From: Octopus sinensis
Lineage: Eukaryota
Direction: 5' to 3'
Assembly: GCF_006345805.1 (NCBI RefSeq)
Contig: NC_043003.1
Location: forward strand, 32,550,001 to 32,614,000
Length of the DNA stretch: 64,000 nucleotides
Shown here: positions 13,218-25,907 of the stretch, in pieces
Layout of the letters: every line of letters starts with the position of its first letter
Numbering within the stretch: the first letter of the stretch is position 1
The notes under the pieces: generated by a model
Databases searched by the model: none
What the model was told of the DNA's origin: nothing
What the model saw: only the letters and a program-made list of their open reading frames with translations
Made by a program: the position numbers and the translations under genes

Positions 13218-13592
13218 CGCAGGCGTACCTGTGTGATCCCACGTTCAGTCCCACAGCATGGCACCTTGGAGCGACCAAAGATTTGTAAGTGGATTTGTTA
13301 GACGGAAACTGAAAGAAGCCCGTCGTACATATATATATATATGTATGTATGTGTGTGTGTGTGTTTGTGTTTGTGTTTATATGTGTCTGTGTCTGTGTTT
13401 GTCCCACCACTTGACAACCGGTGTTGGTGTTTTTATGTCCCTGTAACCTAGCGTTTCAGCAAAAGTGACCGATAGAATAAGTACTAGGCTTAACAAAAAA
13501 TTAAGTACTGGGGTCTATTCATTGGTCTAAAACAAATTGTTCAAGGCAGTGCCCCAGCATGGTCACAGTCTAATGATTGAAACAAGTAAAAA
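13218..13592 (+). mobile_element. SINE family A, near full-length
   Basis: Collinear with 38143-38533, including the internal microsatellite and the GAAACAAGTAAAA tail. Confidence 0.85.
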
Positions 13593-14802
13593 GGAAAAAA
13601 ATTAGAAAAAGATGTATGAATCCATGTATGCATAATTTTTAGACATAACAAAATTGATTTATAATAAAATCGCTAATTAGTTTATTTATATTATTGAAAT
13701 TAAAGAAGTATTAATATCTTATCTGGTGTTATACTTTAATGATTTTACCTTGGAAAATAATCAAATAAGATTAATAATTTATGAATAAAAATTGAACATA
13801 GATGAAAGAAGGTTGAGTAAATCAAGACAAAAGAACAGAAGAACTAAGCGAGAAAATGAAGTGAAACTGAAGTTGTGTTTTTCTTTGTTCTTCTTTCTTT
13901 TTCTGTCTTTTTTTTGTTTGTTTTTTTAACAATTTGTATAGACTGTGCAAGTCTGTATGTTGTATTACGTGCTGTCTGTCTTACATCACAACGATAACAG
14001 AATTATTGATTTTGTCTGAAGTTACTAAAAAATATCGTCATAAACATGATGAATCACATAACAAGTATCATCATCATCATTACCATCATCATCATCATCA
14101 TCATGATTATTATAAAAATAGCTACACTGACTTGAAATGAAAATGAAGTGTGAATAAAAGAGCACATCGTCCTTATAGTGTCGCAAGCGAAGTGTGCAGA
14201 TGACGAGGAAATAGTTTATGGAGAGAATCATTCTGAATTATAATGAAGTCACAGATATGTTATCTTGCGGCTAATACAAAAAAGTGAGATTTTTGTTTTA
14301 CTCCTTCTCCTTTAAGAGATGAACAATAAGGAAAAAATATTGCTTAAATAATAACATACTGTACTACAAAATATATCTATAATACATCTATAGATTTTAC
14401 TCAACATTGTATGAAATATTGTAAACACTTCTTAAGGTATGTAATAGACCGATGTAAAACATATGTAGAGGTTTTTTTCATCCGTCTATTGCATACAGTC
14501 TTGGCTAAAATCTATGCATATACTTATCCTGTAAGGCGAAGTAGAAAATCAGCACATTCGATTTACTTAAATCGTTACTAATAATGGATTCATAAGCGGC
14601 GTCTTAGTAGACATTCTATGGGAGAATTACTCGTTAATGAAATCCCTACATAAGATTGAAACTAGTATCGTTAATTCATGTCTGTGGTGTTGACATCTGC
14701 TATTAGATAGTGTTGATTAATATATATTGATGTGTGCTATAACTCACTATAACTTTGAAACAAAATATAGTTAACCCTACACCAATGTATTGAATAATTT
14801 GT

Positions 14803-15450
14803 TTTCTAGTATAGGCACAAGGCTCGAAATTTGGGATGGGGGACCAGTCGATAATGTCAACCCCGATTCTTAACTTGTACTTATTTCATCGACCTTGAAA
14901 GAATGAAAGGAAAAGCCGACTTCGGCGAAATTTGAAACTGGAACGCAAAGAGCTGGCGGAAATACAACTAAGTTTTTGTACGACACGATAACGATTCTGC
15001 CAGCTCGCTACCTTACGAAATGATCCTTTCTACAGTAGGCACAAGGCCTGAATTCTTTTAGGGGAGGGATCTTGTCGATTACATCGACCCCAACGTTAAA
15101 ATGGTAATTATTTCACCCACTCCGAAAGAATTAAAGGCAAAGTCGACCTCAGTGGAGTTTGAAATTAGAACGTGGAGACAGACGGAATGCCGCTAAGCAT
15201 ATTGTCCGACGCTCACCGCTTTTAACTTGTTAAATAACCCTTTCTACTATAGGTACAAGACCTGAAATTTACAGGGATGGGACTAGTTGACTATGTCGAC
15301 CCCAGTGCGCAACGGGTGCTTATTTTATCGGCCCCGAAAGAATGAAAAGCAATGTCGACCTCGGTGGAATTTGAGCTCAACATAAAGACGGATGAAATGC
15401 CGCTAAGCATTTTGCCCTGCGTGTTAACGATTCTGCCAACTCACCGCCTA
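14803..15450 (-). mobile_element. Three tandem copies of SINE family B (central domain resembling Meta/Sauria-type SINEs)
   Basis: Three ~210-bp units, each TTTCTA.TA.AGGCACAAG...CGAAAGAATGAAAGGCAAAGTCGACCTCGG...GAATTTGA. Confidence 0.85.
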
Positions 15451-16829
15451 ACCTATTAAATGATAAAAGTTATAGGATGTATTACAAGCTTCTCCGCTTC
15501 GTTATTCCCCTCGCTACCATTACCATCACGTAATACCTCTTTGTAACCTCACATCAAAAGGAAGTGATTTTTTTTTAAAGCAAACTTCGTAGATTATGTA
15601 AAGACTATTACTAATTACTAAAAATATTTGGGGATGGAAACGAAATTAGAATAAGTACAACGTATTAAATTAAAATTTGATAATAAACATTGAAAAAGAA
15701 GTACGAAAATATATAAAATCTTAACTACAAATTCTCTTTCAAGGACAAATATTTATTGAATCAAATATATGAACTATATTATTTGTTTAAGATTTATAAA
15801 TGTTGAATGATTATATATTATGTTATTAATAAACATTACCGAAAGTATTTCTGTTCTTTTTTTTTTTTAATTTGTGGTTCAAGCATTATAAAATGTGTAT
15901 TTTCTTTTTGTAAAGAAGGTAGATTGCAATGTTTTCGTTGGGCTTTATCCTTTCTTCATATACTTTAAAGCATTCCCTATTTCACAGAACAATATAGTAG
16001 CACTTCTTCAGACATTTGTGACAGTGGCGAATCGCGAGTCCATAATGGTTTACAAAGATTGCTGTAAAAGATTTCACTCCTCTACCTCTCTTTTGTCTGT
16101 CACTAATTTATATAATAAAAAAAAAACTCTTTCCTGTATCGTTTTATGCTTTTCTTCTCTTTTTCAGCAGACAGCAATTTTTTCAGTCTGTAGTTTTCGA
16201 AAATTCTTGTCTTATCTCCTCGCTGAGAATGGGATACTCTGCATAAGCAAAATAAATTCGAATTATGAAATACAAACAGCTCAATAATATTAAAACAAAA
16301 CATTATCAATTGAGTATACATAACGTTGAGTGTTGTTTAAACGCAAGACATTATTCTGCTTATGCGGCACCATTGCAAGTCAGCTAATAGTATATATATA
16401 CTATCTATATATACTTCAGACTAGTGGATACGATTTTGCTTCGGAAGAAATCCCAGTATGTGATACTGATAAGCCTCACATAATACGAAATACACATATA
16501 TCGTTCTAGTGAGCTCTTCTAAGTCTATTTCACTTTGCCTACCTCAGCTCTGCGGTTTCTTGAGTTTTTTTAACGTTATACGTTTTTAAAGGAATATTTT
16601 TTCAAACAAAACAACTGCAGTTTCTGGTGTTTAAACTACGCCCATGCGTTAATTCTGTCGTATTGATGTTTTTTTATGATTGAGACACTTCTGTTACATA
16701 ATCCGAATAAATATGTATTAATGTATGTATGTTTGTATATATATGTACGTATGTATGTATATACATACATACATACACACACACACATATATATATATAT
16801 ATATCAACTCGTGTGTTCTTTTTCAACCT

Positions 16830-16923
<94 letters not shown>

Positions 16924-17129
16924 AGATAATGGTGTCATTTAGACCCAAAGGTGTCAGGTAATGCTGAATAAGTGCTATAGACAGACCATAGTTTAGTTCC
17001 AGATTCGGTAATATTCGGAATAAAGGATTCAACGTTGGATCTATGTCAGCGTGTGTATATAAGAACTTTTTACATAATAAGATAAAAAAACCAAGGCTGT
17101 GTAGATATCAGAGCATTTATTGACTGAAG

Positions 17130-17181
17130 GTCTTACAGCTGTTTCTAGGATGTTTATTAATTATATCCCTTCATCGGAGAC
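17130..17181 (-). ncRNA. Minimal type I hammerhead ribozyme motif
   Basis: GTCT-CCGATGA-AGGGATAT(AATTAATAA)ACATCCTA-GAAA-CAGCTG-TA-AGAC on the minus strand. Confidence 0.7.
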
Positions 17182-17344
17182 AGTGTGAGAGGATAGTTAA
17201 GTCATAGTTAGTTTAGATATGATTCAAAATAGAAAGTGAGGTGGAGGAAAGAATATATATCTTGCATCTATTGTCTTTCCTCCACCTCACTCTCTATTTT
17301 GAATCACATTTAAACCAACTATTACCTAACTATCCTTTCACACC

Positions 17345-17396
17345 GTCTCCGATGAAGGGATATAATTAATAAATATCCTAGAAACAGCTGTAAGAC
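17345..17396 (+). ncRNA. Minimal type I hammerhead ribozyme motif
   Basis: Stem I GTCT/AGAC, core CCGATGA, stem II GGGATAT/ATATCCT, GAAA, palindromic stem III ACAGCTGT, GUA cleavage triplet. Confidence 0.75.
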
Positions 17397-17539
17397 CTTC
17401 TATCTATAAATGCTCTAATATCTAATATATACATATATATTTACATATGTATGTGTGTAATATGTATGTATAGATGTATGTATTCATATGTACATGTGTG
17501 TGTGTGTGTTTGTGTGTATGTGTGTCTGTGTGTGTGTAA

Positions 17540-17790
17540 CTTAGCGATTAAGGTGTTGCACTCACGATCGTAATATTGTGGCTTCGATTCCTGAACAGGG
17601 CGATGCGTTGTGCCCTTGAGCAAAACACTTCATTTAACGTTGATCCATCCCACTCAGCTGGCAAAAGTGCAAAATAACTCATCCTGCTATGGACCGTTGT
17701 CTCGTCCAGGCATATGGGGAATATATGCGTCACAGAATACGGGAAACGAGCCTTATAAGCCTATGGTGCTGGAAGGACCGAATACACTCT
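17540..17790 (+). mobile_element. SINE family C (tRNA-like head, GTG.CCTTGAGCAA.ACACT core)
   Basis: B-box-like GCTTCGATTCC followed by TGCCCTTGAGCAAAACACTTCA. Relatives at 27685-27970 and 37790-38102. Confidence 0.7.
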
Positions 17791-19907
17791 CTTTTAGAGC
17801 GCCCTCATAGAACTATGTTACTTTGTCGAAAATTTTGTTGTTGATCGATGTGCATGGATTCTCCGACAGATGCTAAATTTTTAATGATTGGTAGTGGTAC
17901 CTCATTTTGTTTTCTTTAAGAGCAGCATTTTCTTGTTATTACCTTTAACATTGTTACCATGGTCGATAAGAGAACATAACCTCAAAAACTACAATACTGC
18001 ATGTAGGACAGATGAAAGAAAATCTACATTAGTGCAAACAGCTGAACATTTATAATCAGACAGTCACTACATGCGTATTAACTCCGAGATCTAAATATCC
18101 TAGGCTAAGCCGATCTTGGATTTAATGAAAAATACGGTAAACATAAACGGACAACAGCAAAATATTAGACTATGCACCTGTATATAAATGGTTCCACAAT
18201 GGGTACGCAATGTATCATAGAAACTGCAACATAGCTACACAAAAGACATTTACTTTTTCAAAACAGAAAAAAACAATTGATCATACAACACTAGGTTATC
18301 AAATTAGTTCGATCAAATAAGACTGACAGTCAATGATACAGTTTCAGCTGTACTAGCAGTGGAAACACAAAACTGTCTACACCAACAGTAACATCTTCAT
18401 TTAAATAAATAGATTTAGATTTACAAAGAGCTTAAATAGGAGTTTAATATAAGTCAACAAGTGAATCCAAAAGTAATTGCTCCGGCCTTCCAGAACTAGA
18501 AACTGAATCTTCCTGAAACCAAACTGTGCCCTCTTGAAAAGAAAGGCTAAATGCATAATGTAGTCCTAGGTTCAATATGTCCGCAAGAAAACAAGTGGTC
18601 ACGATTAAAACAAATTTGCTTATATTGCCTTGGTTAGTGTTGGCATTAAAGCTAAGCAAGAATTCATAATTGCAGCATCCACCAACAAGTGGATTTTCAC
18701 ATAAGCTACGAAGTAGTACAACAAAAATAGGGGGTAGCAAAACTCCTCGAACAAACTCTGTAAAATTATTTTCTGTGGACTTTTATCAAGTTAACATAAA
18801 ATCACATTAAAACAATAGGTAAACATTGCATTTTATTAAGCATAGAATGGTTTTGTGATACTTTCAGATGAATTGCCTCTAACAGGATATGTCTGGAAGT
18901 GGATAAATGTTGTGACTCCAGGTAACACAAGGCAGATGACGGGCACCAAAGAGTAAACTGTTCGTAAAGCTATCTTTCTTCAGTTACGCTTTTAATCGTT
19001 TTTAGAAAAGCATAAATATATCATACTACTGACTACTTCTATTACAGGTACAGTCCATTCAACAGGTTTCCACAAAGTTTCTATCTACTTATAGTTAATC
19101 ATAAAGCTTAGATGACCTCCGAAAGCGACAGAATATTTTTGCGAAGTGCTGTAGAGAAATCGAACTCAAATCATTATGATAGTGAAGCGAACTATTTAAC
19201 CTGGGGGGTCATGACTGCACCAATAATTAAAGTACAATTAAAATGATATACACTTTAATCTTTAAGATAATTTTCTTAATCCGCTAATCATTATCGTATT
19301 AGCTGCTCACCCATAAAATATGGCTTCAACGTATACGCTCAGGTTCGACTTTGCTTTTACTACGCAAAGAGCAGAATAAACGGATTTTTAAAAATTGTAC
19401 AGATTGCTAAATGTATAAAGAGATTAACAGATTAAAGTGAAATCTGACGTTAATGACGACAACGACAACAACGATAACGATGACGACGATGACGATGACG
19501 TTGGTGGTGGTGGTGGTGGTGGTGGTGGTGGTGGTGGTGTTGGCAGTAGTGCTTGACGTCGTCATTGCAGTGCAAGCGCTGACTGTGATTTCCTACATTG
19601 GCACAATTCCATATATTGGCTGTGGGCGGGAATTGGTAATGCACTATATTGGAGAAAATAGTTCAGAGGTGATTTATATTCTTGCATTCTAGGAGGCAAA
19701 AGGCATACTTGACTCCTGTAGAGAAAGAAGAAGAAGGAGGAGGAGGAGGAGAAGAAGAAGAAGGAGGAGGAGGAGGGGAGGGGGGAGAGGAGAAGAAGAA
19801 GAAGAAGAAGAAGAAGAAGAAGAAGAAGAAGAAGAATCCTTTCTACAAGGAGGTAAGGTAAGTGTTTCATTGGTGCTTAATTTATCGACCCCAGAAGGAT
19901 GAAAGTC

Positions 19908-20540
19908 TTCGCAGCCCATTTCTGGGTAAGACTGGCCGCCCTGTTTGCCACTTTGTCCCAGTTTTTATCGGGACGAAATCAGATCCCGAGCAGTTTAACT
20001 GGTCCGTCGGTCCAGCGTCCGACGACCGTCCGATGGCATCGACCTGCCTCTCTAGGAGCCCAAGCGCAAACCCACAGATTTGCAGGCGTTTTATTTTTAG
20101 CCTTTGCAACCGACTCATATCCCTTTAGGATAGTGCCAGCCGTCTCCACTTCGGAGGCATCCGACACCATTACGATGGCATCGTCCGTGTATGCACACAC
20201 TGCCCTTCTGTATCCCACTTCGAAGGGGATGCCTCAACTGTTCCAACTTACGCAGCAGTGGCTCGAGTGTCAATACCTACAGAAGAGGCGAGAACGTGCA
20301 ACCCTGACGGATGGAGCGTGCGATGCCAAACGGTTCCAATGGGTGACTGTTTATCTTGACCACTGAACAGGTGCCGCTGTGCATTGCAGCAATCCAGCAT
20401 TTGAAAATTGCCTGCTTTCAGGACGGCTTCTAAGTAGCGGTAGTCGATGGGCAAAGGTCGATGCTCCAAATTGATCAGAGCACCCCCGAAGCCAGCTTTT
20501 GTCCCAGGCCCTCCCAATGGTGTATCGCATAATAATATCC
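19908..20540 (-). pseudogene. Tx1/L1-clade LINE reverse transcriptase fragment
   Basis: Minus-strand peptides GALINL...IDYRYLEAVLKAG, SIRQGCTFSPLL*VLTLEPLLRKL, CAYTDDAIVMVSD (the YADD motif) and RWTDGPVKLLGI. Confidence 0.88.
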
Positions 20541-22611
20541 AACAAGGTTAAACGCAAATATCTTATTCCAAAAATAGCAATAATAATATCAGGAAACATT
20601 CTTAACGCACCCTTTTTACTATCTTCTCTTTTTTTAACACTGTACAGTGTTGTTGACCATTAACATATTTGTTCCCTCTGATCATTTTCGCTGGATAAGC
20701 CTGGATACGTCTATCCATTTGTTCCAATGAGAATTCTCGCTAACCTTGAACATACCTATGCCTGTTCTGCAAGATGCACTCTATTGTTTCGAGAAAGAAA
20801 ACTCTTTGTGTATTTATCAAATTAAAATGCTACATATAATAAATTTTAAATCAAGATGTTAGCGATACAGTGATTTGACGCCACCATGCTGAAATTCATC
20901 ACAGCAGCAATAAAGAAGATGCAGGCTCTTCATATGGCTATCAACAATACCATTATTATAGGTTCCACCTTTACGGGAATATCTCCTTGGATATTCCAAG
21001 CGAGAATACTTTTGGACTTCGTTTAATCGATTCTTCTTGCCTTGAAGTTAGGGAATAAAAGCATTTATAGTTTAGTAAACTACGTAAAGAGAAAGGGACT
21101 TGACTTATCCATCACTTTCTCTTTAAGTATGATCTAAAACTATGGGCTGTGAACGGTACTCAACTTGGAGAATTCTACAATAATTTTCATTAGGTTTGCG
21201 AAGATATTAAAATATTCTTAAACTAAAGAAACGTAACAAACCGATTCTAAAGTGAAGCAGACTAGCCACTGGAGTTGATTTAGAATCCTACGGAAAAGAA
21301 ATAATACGGGAACTAGTTATATCGCCCTTAGAAGAATATAAACTCCTGTCCGTAAAAGTTATAAAAAAGAATATTAAAAACCTCATCACAATAGTAAGAA
21401 TACTGTTTTATCAACACTTTTGCAGGAGAAGCTATATTTAGCTATGGTAAACTTGCATTTGTTCTCCATCATCGAATGGTATTGTTTATTACGGTCTGGC
21501 AAAGCATCATTTGGTTTCTTTAACTCTCATTCCTAGTCGACTCCTTCTTCATCGCTTCTTGGAAGCGATGACGAGGAGATCGTATCTGACTTTTCAGAAG
21601 CTGATATTGGTTGGAAACTGAATACAAGAGCACCCTCTACCTCAGTCTTCTACCGTTTATATCGTTGTTGGTGTCGATCCTTTTCTTTCAGCTTCTTTAA
21701 CCCTTCAATTAAGAAAACCCTTAAATGTCCGCTACAGCTGCATGTATAACAGCAGGAATTTCTCCACCACTATACTTAAAAGCCTTCTTTCCGAACCTAG
21801 TACGGGGTACAGCTTCAGAACCACTTTTTAGTCTACGGGGATCATTCAAACTTGTAATGTTGTATAGTTCCCATCTTACTACATATCCTTACAGTTCACA
21901 TCAGCGTTCACCACCAGTCCATAATGAACTGCAAAATATGATATAACGAGCCATGATATTCCAGATATTTCTTTCTATCATATACTGCGGGTGTAGCCTA
22001 TGTACAGCCTCAACTTGCTAAGCAGGAACACTAATACTTGATACAGGTAGTCCATTCTATCCTGCATACAAGGAAAATTATATAAATAACAAATATTTCA
22101 ATAGAAACCCACTACAAAGTAACAAAGTTTCGCCTAGAATAATAGAAAGAAGCAAATGAAAATTGATTAGAGTAACAAGGGAACATTAAGAAACTAAAAC
22201 AATACTCATGCATGTATATATATATATATATATATATAAAGAAAAAGAGTGGAGGATTTACGTATAAATATCTATATAGCTGTGTCTGTGTGCATGTGTA
22301 AGCATAAGAAATCGATTAAGTACAAATTAGAAATTAACTACATCAAAGTAAGAGCTTCAGATAAGGACAATAAAACGGAAAAAACTTTCAAAAAAAGCAA
22401 CTAAGTCAAAACAGAATTTGAATATATAATAAAGAAAATGTGGCGAGAAAAACTACTCAAGTAAGATTGGACTGATAGAGTAAGATTGGACAGATAGATT
22501 GTAAGCCAGATTGAAAAAGTTAATGGTTTAAAAGCTCTGGGATTAAAGCGGAAACGCAAGATCCTATATTAGTTTTCACAGAACAAATACCTGATCACAA
22601 ATATAAAATAA

Positions 22612-22740
22612 TAGAAAGCAGGTGGAGAGGTTCAAGTATCTCGGGGCTGTTTTCACAAAAGATGAAAGGCAGAAAGCTGAATTAAGAACGAGAGTTGCAG
22701 AAGCTGATAGAGTAATGTACCAGATTCATCATTAGCTTAT
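22612..22740 (+). pseudogene. RTE-clade LINE RT C-terminal fragment
   Basis: VERFKYLGAVFTKDERQKAELRTRVAEADRVMYQ. Confidence 0.7.
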
Positions 22741-22754
22741 CAGAAAAAAAAGCA

Positions 22755-23682
22755 CCTTGCTTGTCTGATTGAAGAAGGACGAAGGGCAATCATCACCACA
22801 TACTCGGTCGATAGACGGATTGGTTCCATACGTAACAGCAGGTGTTCGACATAACCCCACAAGTCAGCAATGTCCGGTCACTGAACAAGTAAATGCAGAA
22901 CGGTTTCGTCATTCTGCGCGCACCTCGGACAAGCCCGTCTGACAGCACATCTGTGCTTGTAGAATTAATCTTGAACCAGTAACATCCCACAGTAACACTG
23001 CCAGGCCAAGGACAACTGGAAATTATCCATGATAGTTCCCGACCAGAAAGTCCTCCAGAACAGACTAGCCAATTCGTTTTCGTCGGCGCCCAGTATCATC
23101 CCCAGAACGTCGTCTCACTTGCCCGCCACTAATCCTCTATAAATTTCTAAAGCAGAACATCCACCGATCCCATTACCTGATTGGGAGAGGGCTGTGAGCG
23201 CCTGAAGATATTCTAGGTGCCAGGCACCCAGTCTCGGTCTTTTCTTCACCCACGGCTGCAGCTCCGTCAAGGAGACGAACTGCGGAAAGATGAGCCTCAT
23301 AAACGGAGCCTACATACCTTCACCATCCAGAAATGGTTGTAGGTGGCATTAGGAGTCACGGCATACCCATTCCGCCACTCCGAGGATGCTGGCACAGACT
23401 GACTGGCTGGCCAGCCAGGCGATATACGCATTCGCCACCCCTGCCTGACCTTCAGGGGCAGTTTCTTCGCAGCCCATTTCTGAGTAAGACTGGCCCTCCC
23501 AGTTCGCCACTTCGTCCCAGTTTTTATCGGGACGAAATCAGCCCCCGAGCAGTTTAACTGGTCCGTCGATCCAGCGTCCGACGACCGTCCGGTGGCATCG
23601 ACCTGCCTCTCTAGGAGCCCAACCGCAAACCCACAGATTTGCAGGCTTTTTATTTTTAGCCTTTGCAACCGACTCATATCCC
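22755..23682 (-). pseudogene. Tx1/L1-clade LINE fragment (end of RT and post-RT region); same family as 19908-20540
   Basis: 23465-23682 is near-identical to 19908-20124 and continues downstream with KKLPLK and GMP-like motifs. GC-rich. Confidence 0.8.
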
Positions 23683-24280
23683 TGATATGCTGATATTTCA
23701 AACTGAAATGAATAAGAATAAGAACATGTGCAAGCCTTTGAACATAGCGAAGTAATGACCACATTCGTATACCACAAGCATGTCCTGAGTACCAAATACA
23801 TAAAGACAAGCATTCTGGCTATAGTTACGGAGGACTGAAACAAAAATGCATTACACTGTCAGCCATCTTATATCATTTATACATCTCGCACAATCAAGTC
23901 AAACGCATCATACATCCTGATTTCCCTATCGTTGAAGACTGTACATCGGCTAAATGCTCTTTATGGATTAAGTCTTTTTATCATGACGGGCTTCCTTCAG
24001 CTTTGAATTAATGTAAACTTTTACAGAATTCAGTTTTTGATATAATTTTTCAGACGTCCGGGTTAAGTTTCGATACATTCGTATAATTACAGCAATGACG
24101 CTAGTATATTAGAATATAGTATATGTGAAGAAACAGCAAAGCTGGTAACAGATTTTTAATGATCCTATCAATGACCCGATGCGTTGCTGGCGGCAACAGC
24201 AGCAACAAGGGTCTGTCATAAAGCACCAATAATTTTTATTGGCTGCAATGATATTTACTTCCATCATTCATACACACTTA

Positions 24281-24317
<37 letters not shown>

Positions 24318-24394
24318 GAACTCACACATCAATATTCGCACACAGAAATACGCGAGCATACCCAAGAGAAACCGAAATTTTTCAATATCATTTT

Positions 24395-25160
24395 ATTCAC
24401 TTAGTTTTACATGTTTACACTTTTATCGCCTTCAAAGTATTTTCCATTTGAACCAATGCATCGGTCCAGACGCGTTTTCCATTGTTCAAAGCAGTGCTGA
24501 AACTCTTGCAAAGTGATGCCTTTTAACGCCTCCGTCATTTTTTTTTCTTCACCTCTTCCACATCTGCAAATTCCGTAACACCAGCTTTCATCACCAGTGA
24601 TGACCTTCCAAAACAAATCCGGATCAATTTCCCAACTGTTCGTTCTTTCCGTTCACGACACGCATTCAGTTTTGGTTGCTTTTGATCTCCCGTGAGCAAG
24701 CGAGACACTTTTCGTTCACGTTTTCCTCACTCAAAATTCGTTGGCAGAAGCTCCAGGACATACCAGGCATATCAACAAAATCGTCAGTTGTTCGGTGATG
24801 GTCCTCCAAGATCAGCATATGAATTTTCATGATGTTTTCATTCGTTCAGGAGGTCGATGGACGCCCTGAGTGAGGTTGGTTTTCAGGCGACAAGAGACTA
24901 TTCCTAAAGCGTGATAACCACTCGTAAACTTGTGTTTTGCTCATGGCAGTATATTTCTAAGGGTTTAGAAGCATGACAACTGTTTCGGCTGCCGTTTTCC
25001 TTAGCAGAAAGCAGAATTTCTCGGAAGCATGCTGTTTCTTCACTATAGTCAGGACTGCCAACTTACGCTGGCAAATATCTTTTACTCTATATATGTACTC
25101 TATATATTTACAAACCGTTGGTATTATGCAAAAGTATCGTAAGTCCAAAACATTGCTTAT
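24395..25160 (-). pseudogene. mariner transposase remnant with internal deletion
   Basis: Peptides KFCFLLRKTAAETVVML, SGRPSTS, VITGDESWCYG and FQHCFEQWKTRLDRCIGSNGKYFEGDK. Confidence 0.9.
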
Positions 25161-25675
25161 TTCAGAACACGAAAAAATAGTTTCACCATTACCTTCCTCT
25201 TTACATTAACAACAGTTTCAGCTTAACAATAATACTTTGTTAGGTACATGAAATCGTAACTTCATGTGCGTATGATATTTTCAGTTAGAAATATTTTCGT
25301 AAAACTGTCGTATGTGGGACTTACTACAATTTTGAAAAATGCTAATTCTTTGTACTACACTTTGACAATTTTCATCTGAAGCAGCTGGAGATACGATCGT
25401 TTGACTAAACGTACTGGCTATTGCAAGCAAAATTAAATGTTGAGAAAAAAACCGCATTTTGCCGAATTTGGACATACGACAGTTTAACATAATAGCAACG
25501 ATATGTACAAACGTATCGCGAACATATTTATATGTGTACAAACGTTTATATGTATATTATTTAAAACAGTTGGATTCGATTCCATGAGAATGTTTCTCAG
25601 GACTTTAACAGAAGCCCGTATCTTTCAGGCTATCTATTTATCTATCTATCTATATCTATATATATATATATATAT

Positions 25676-25716
<41 letters not shown>

Positions 25717-25719
<3 letters not shown>

Positions 25720-25907
25720 TCATCATCATCATCATCATGGCTCGGCTTCGCGAACGAAGATCAGGAAAGGATGTCCACGTCGCATGCATGCACGCTCATG
25801 ACTGACAAGTCCGATATGGGAAAGGCAGGTCCGTGAGCAGTGTCCGCAGACGAAGGTAACATCCGGTGTGGTGTCAGAGGCGGCTCGCGCCTTAGAGAAG
25901 GAGAGCT
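25717..25907 (-). mobile_element. 3' end of an RTE-type LINE: C-terminal zinc finger, short 3' UTR, (ATG)n tail
   Basis: Minus strand encodes TFVCGHCSRTCLSHIGLVSHERAC, followed by GAAGCCGAGCC(ATG)n. Confidence 0.8.

Larger units (their letters stand above)
17102..17424. mobile_element. Head-to-head inverted pair of Penelope-like pLTR fragments
   Basis: ~150-bp arms (17102-17252 vs 17274-17424) are diverged reverse complements. Each arm carries a hammerhead motif. Confidence 0.8.

Noticed and set aside
18444-18740. 98-aa ORF
   Set aside because: No recognisable domain. Probably a decayed element or chance.
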